Positions 61,478-64,000 of a stretch of 64,000 nucleotides of DNA are shown here, one piece after another. The stretch is taken from assembly GCA_963706595.1 (NCBI GenBank), contig OY970166.1, positions 3,264,001 to 3,328,000 on the forward strand. Reading direction: 5' to 3'. Position numbers and translations under genes: made by a program. The stretch comes from an uncultured cyanobacterium (lineage in GTDB: Bacteria; Cyanobacteriota; Cyanobacteriia; Cyanobacteriales; Nostocaceae). The notes beneath the pieces were generated by a model. That model searched no databases. It had not been told where the DNA came from and was given only the letters and a program-made list of their open reading frames with translations. Positions within the stretch are counted from its first letter, which is position 1. Each line of letters starts with the position of its first letter.

Positions 61478-62752
61478 ATGACCTCAACCGTGCTAAAATT
61501 TCCTCGGATAAATGCCCCCACAGTGCATAAATTGCCCAATGGCTTGACCATAGTTGCAGAACAAATGCCAGTGGAAGCGGTAAATCTCAGCTTGTGGATT
61601 AAAGTTGGCTCGGCTGTAGAATCTGATGCTATTAATGGCATGGCTCATTTTTTAGAACACATGATTTTTAAAGGAACCGAGCGTTTAGCAAGCGGTGAGT
61701 TTGAACGTCACATTGAAGAACGGGGTGCTGTGACTAATGCTGCAACTAGCCAAGACTATACTCAATACTATATAAATACGGCTCCCAAGGATTTTGCCGC
61801 CCTCGCTCCACTGCAAATAGATGTAGTATGTAACGCTCTCATCCCTGACGATGCCTTTGAACGGGAACGTTTGGTAGTTTTGGAAGAAATTCGCCGTTCT
61901 GAAGATAACCCCCGGCGCAGGACGTTTAGAAGGTCAATGGAGACAGCTTTTGAACAGTTACCTTATCGCCGTCCAGTGTTGGGGCCAGAAGCGGTAATTT
62001 CTCAACTTAAAGCCCAGCAAATGCGCGATTTTCATCGGACTTGGTATCACCCTCAGTCAATTACGGCCGTAGCTGTGGGTAATTTACCTGTGGAAGAATT
62101 AATTGCAACTGTGGCTCAGGGATTTAGTGTCAGTGAACAGTTAACAGTTAACAGTCAACAGTCGGCGGTTAATCCTGAACCTGCGTTTACAGAAGTTGTG
62201 CGGCGGGAGTTTGTTGATGACAGTCTTCAGCAAGCGCGTTTAGTCATGGTTTGGCGGGTTCCAGGTTTGGGACAGTTAAATGATATTTATGGTTTGGATG
62301 TTTTAGCGGGAGTTTTGGCACATGGACGGACTTCTAGGCTGGTGCGGGATTTGCGGGAAGAACGGGGACTGGTGACTTCTATTGGTGTGAGTAATATGAC
62401 CAATCAGTTACAAGGGACGTTTTATATTTCTGCTAAATGTGCGGTGGAAAATTTACAGGCTGTTGAGGAAGCGATCGCTCAACATATCCGTATACTTCAT
62501 ACAGAGTTAGTCTCAGAACCAGAAATTGCTCGCATCCGGCGACGGGTAGCTAACAAGTTTATTTTTGCCAATGAAACACCAAGCGATCGCGCTGGTTTAT
62601 ACGGTTATTATCAATCTATGGTGGGAGATTTAGAACCTGCGTTTAATTACCCAGATCATATTCAATCCCAAGAAGCAACAGACTTAATGCAAGCCGCAAA
62701 ACAGTATCTTTCCCCAGATGCTTATGGTGTAGTGGTATTGAAACCGTCTTAG
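61478..62752 (+). CDS. M16 family zinc peptidase
   Basis: HFLEHMIFKGT, NAATSQD, SRLVRDLREERGLV. Confidence 0.92.
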   Translation: MTSTVLKFPRINAPTVHKLPNGLTIVAEQMPVEAVNLSLWIKVGSAVESDAINGMAHFLEHMIFKGTERLASGEFERHIEERGAVTNAATSQDYTQYYINTAPKDFAALAPLQIDVVCNALIPDDAFERERLVVLEEIRRSEDNPRRRTFRRSMETAFEQLPYRRPVLGPEAVISQLKAQQMRDFHRTWYHPQSITAVAVGNLPVEELIATVAQGFSVSEQLTVNSQQSAVNPEPAFTEVVRREFVDDSLQQARLVMVWRVPGLGQLNDIYGLDVLAGVLAHGRTSRLVRDLREERGLVTSIGVSNMTNQLQGTFYISAKCAVENLQAVEEAIAQHIRILHTELVSEPEIARIRRRVANKFIFANETPSDRAGLYGYYQSMVGDLEPAFNYPDHIQSQEATDLMQAAKQYLSPDAYGVVVLKPS

Positions 62753-62883
62753 ACTGGGGACTGGTTTGTAGGGGCGGGTTTAGCAATATCCTCGTTGATT
62801 TTGAATCATATCTGTAAACCCGCCCCTACCGTGGACTGGGAATTAGTGAATAATGATTTTAATACCCGATACCCAATTTAAAA

Positions 62884-63747
62884 ATGTGGACTGAAATTGA
62901 TACCCATATCAGCCAAGTCACTGGCGAAAAATTTCAAACTCAGCATAAGCGCAGTGTGAGTGGTGGCTGTATTAATCAAGGTTATGCGGTGGCTGATGGT
63001 GATTTGACTTACTTTGTCAAACTCAATCAAGCCTCTCAAGTTGCTATGTTTGAAGCTGAGGCGCTGGGTTTAAAAGAAATGCTGGCGACAAATACCATTC
63101 TTGTACCCAAACCGATTTGCTGGGGTACTGCTGGAAACTCTAGCTATATAGTGTTGGAATGGCTAGAAATGGGAGGCGGTAACAGCAAATCTTCCCAAGA
63201 AATGGGACGCAAGTTAGCACAGATGCACAAAGCCAGCAGCAGCAAAGGTTTTGGATGGGAAATTAATAATACTATTGGTTCCACACCCCAAATTAATACC
63301 TGGACAGCAGATTGGGCAAAATTTTATACTCAATATCGCTTGAGTTATCAATTTCAGTTAGCTAGACGACGGGGGGGGAGTTTTCCCAAACAAGAGCAAT
63401 TACTTGCAGCTATTCCAGAATTATTAGCAAATCATCAAGTGCAACCATCCTTAGTACATGGTGATTTATGGGGTGGAAATGCTGGGTGTACTGTGTCCGG
63501 TGAACCAGTAATATTTGATCCAGCAACTTATTTTGGCGATAGAGAAGTTGATATTGCCATGACAGAATTATTTGGTGGGTTTTCAGCCGATTTTTACCAA
63601 GGCTATCACGAGGTGTTTCCTTTAGATGCAGGTTATGAGCAGAGAAAAACTCTGTATAACCTGTATCACATTCTCAATCACTTCAATTTATTTGGCGGTG
63701 GTTATGCTTCCCAAGCCAACCGCATGATTGACCAGATTTTGCGCTAA
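62884..63747 (+). CDS. Fructosamine kinase family protein
   Basis: VSGGCIN, FEAEALGL, LVHGDLWGGN, FDPATYFGDREVDIAM. Confidence 0.93.
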   Translation: MWTEIDTHISQVTGEKFQTQHKRSVSGGCINQGYAVADGDLTYFVKLNQASQVAMFEAEALGLKEMLATNTILVPKPICWGTAGNSSYIVLEWLEMGGGNSKSSQEMGRKLAQMHKASSSKGFGWEINNTIGSTPQINTWTADWAKFYTQYRLSYQFQLARRRGGSFPKQEQLLAAIPELLANHQVQPSLVHGDLWGGNAGCTVSGEPVIFDPATYFGDREVDIAMTELFGGFSADFYQGYHEVFPLDAGYEQRKTLYNLYHILNHFNLFGGGYASQANRMIDQILR

Positions 63748-63770
63748 TATACGAAGCCAAAATTTAGCTC

Positions 63771-64000
63771 CTATTGTTGTGAAACAGCACTTAGCTGATA
63801 TTCTGAAATCGGCTGTTTTGTAATTAATGCATAAATAACATCTGGGTCTAAATCGGCTCCCGATTCCCATTGAATTGTCCCGTATTCAGGGTTAACTTGA
63901 ACAGTGGCAAAGTATTCTGGTTCTTTCAAAGGTGCAAACACGCCAGTAAATTCAACAATTTTGCTAATATCAATTACTCCTGCTACGCCATCTTCAAAGC
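63771..64000 (-). CDS. DUF2442-like protein, partial (runs off the window end)
   Basis: Hand translation FEDGVAGVIDISKIVEFTGVFAPLKEPEYFATVQVNPEYGTIQWESGADLDPDVIY...*. Confidence 0.7.
   Translation of the reverse strand, partial: FEDGVAGVIDISKIVEFTGVFAPLKEPEYFATVQVNPEYGTIQWESGADLDPDVIYALITKQPISEYQLSAVSQQ

Overview
A 64-kb chromosomal window from a filamentous, probably heterocystous cyanobacterium (Nostocales-like). This is inferred from frequent HIP1 GCGATCGC octamers, heptamer STRR-type repeats and typical gene content. Housekeeping genes (cutA, phoH, khpA-rpsP-ffh, pepP, xth, crtD, M16 peptidases, three tRNAs) surround three accessory zones. (1) A lone tyrosine integrase with arm-type repeats sits between convergent tRNA-Arg and tRNA-Thr. 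(2) A lasso-peptide-type cluster at about 17.9-25.9 kb encodes an RRE, B2 protease, kinase, nucleotidyltransferase, glycosyltransferases and an ABC exporter. It has no cyclase, carries several lesions, and contains a precursor gene missed by the ORF track. (3) The most striking region, about 30.8-48.5 kb, is a tandem array of 10-11 cysteine-free double-glycine precursor genes separated by a conserved, covarying RNA hairpin. It is followed by an APH-type kinase and a HopA1-like protein (the class V lanthipeptide/thioamitide dehydratase pair) but no LanC. A convergent C39-peptidase ABC/HlyD/PPIase type I secretion module faces it, and a UbiA+HAD cassette lies between them inside a 24-bp direct repeat. 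All family assignments come from motif recognition by eye; no database searches were run.
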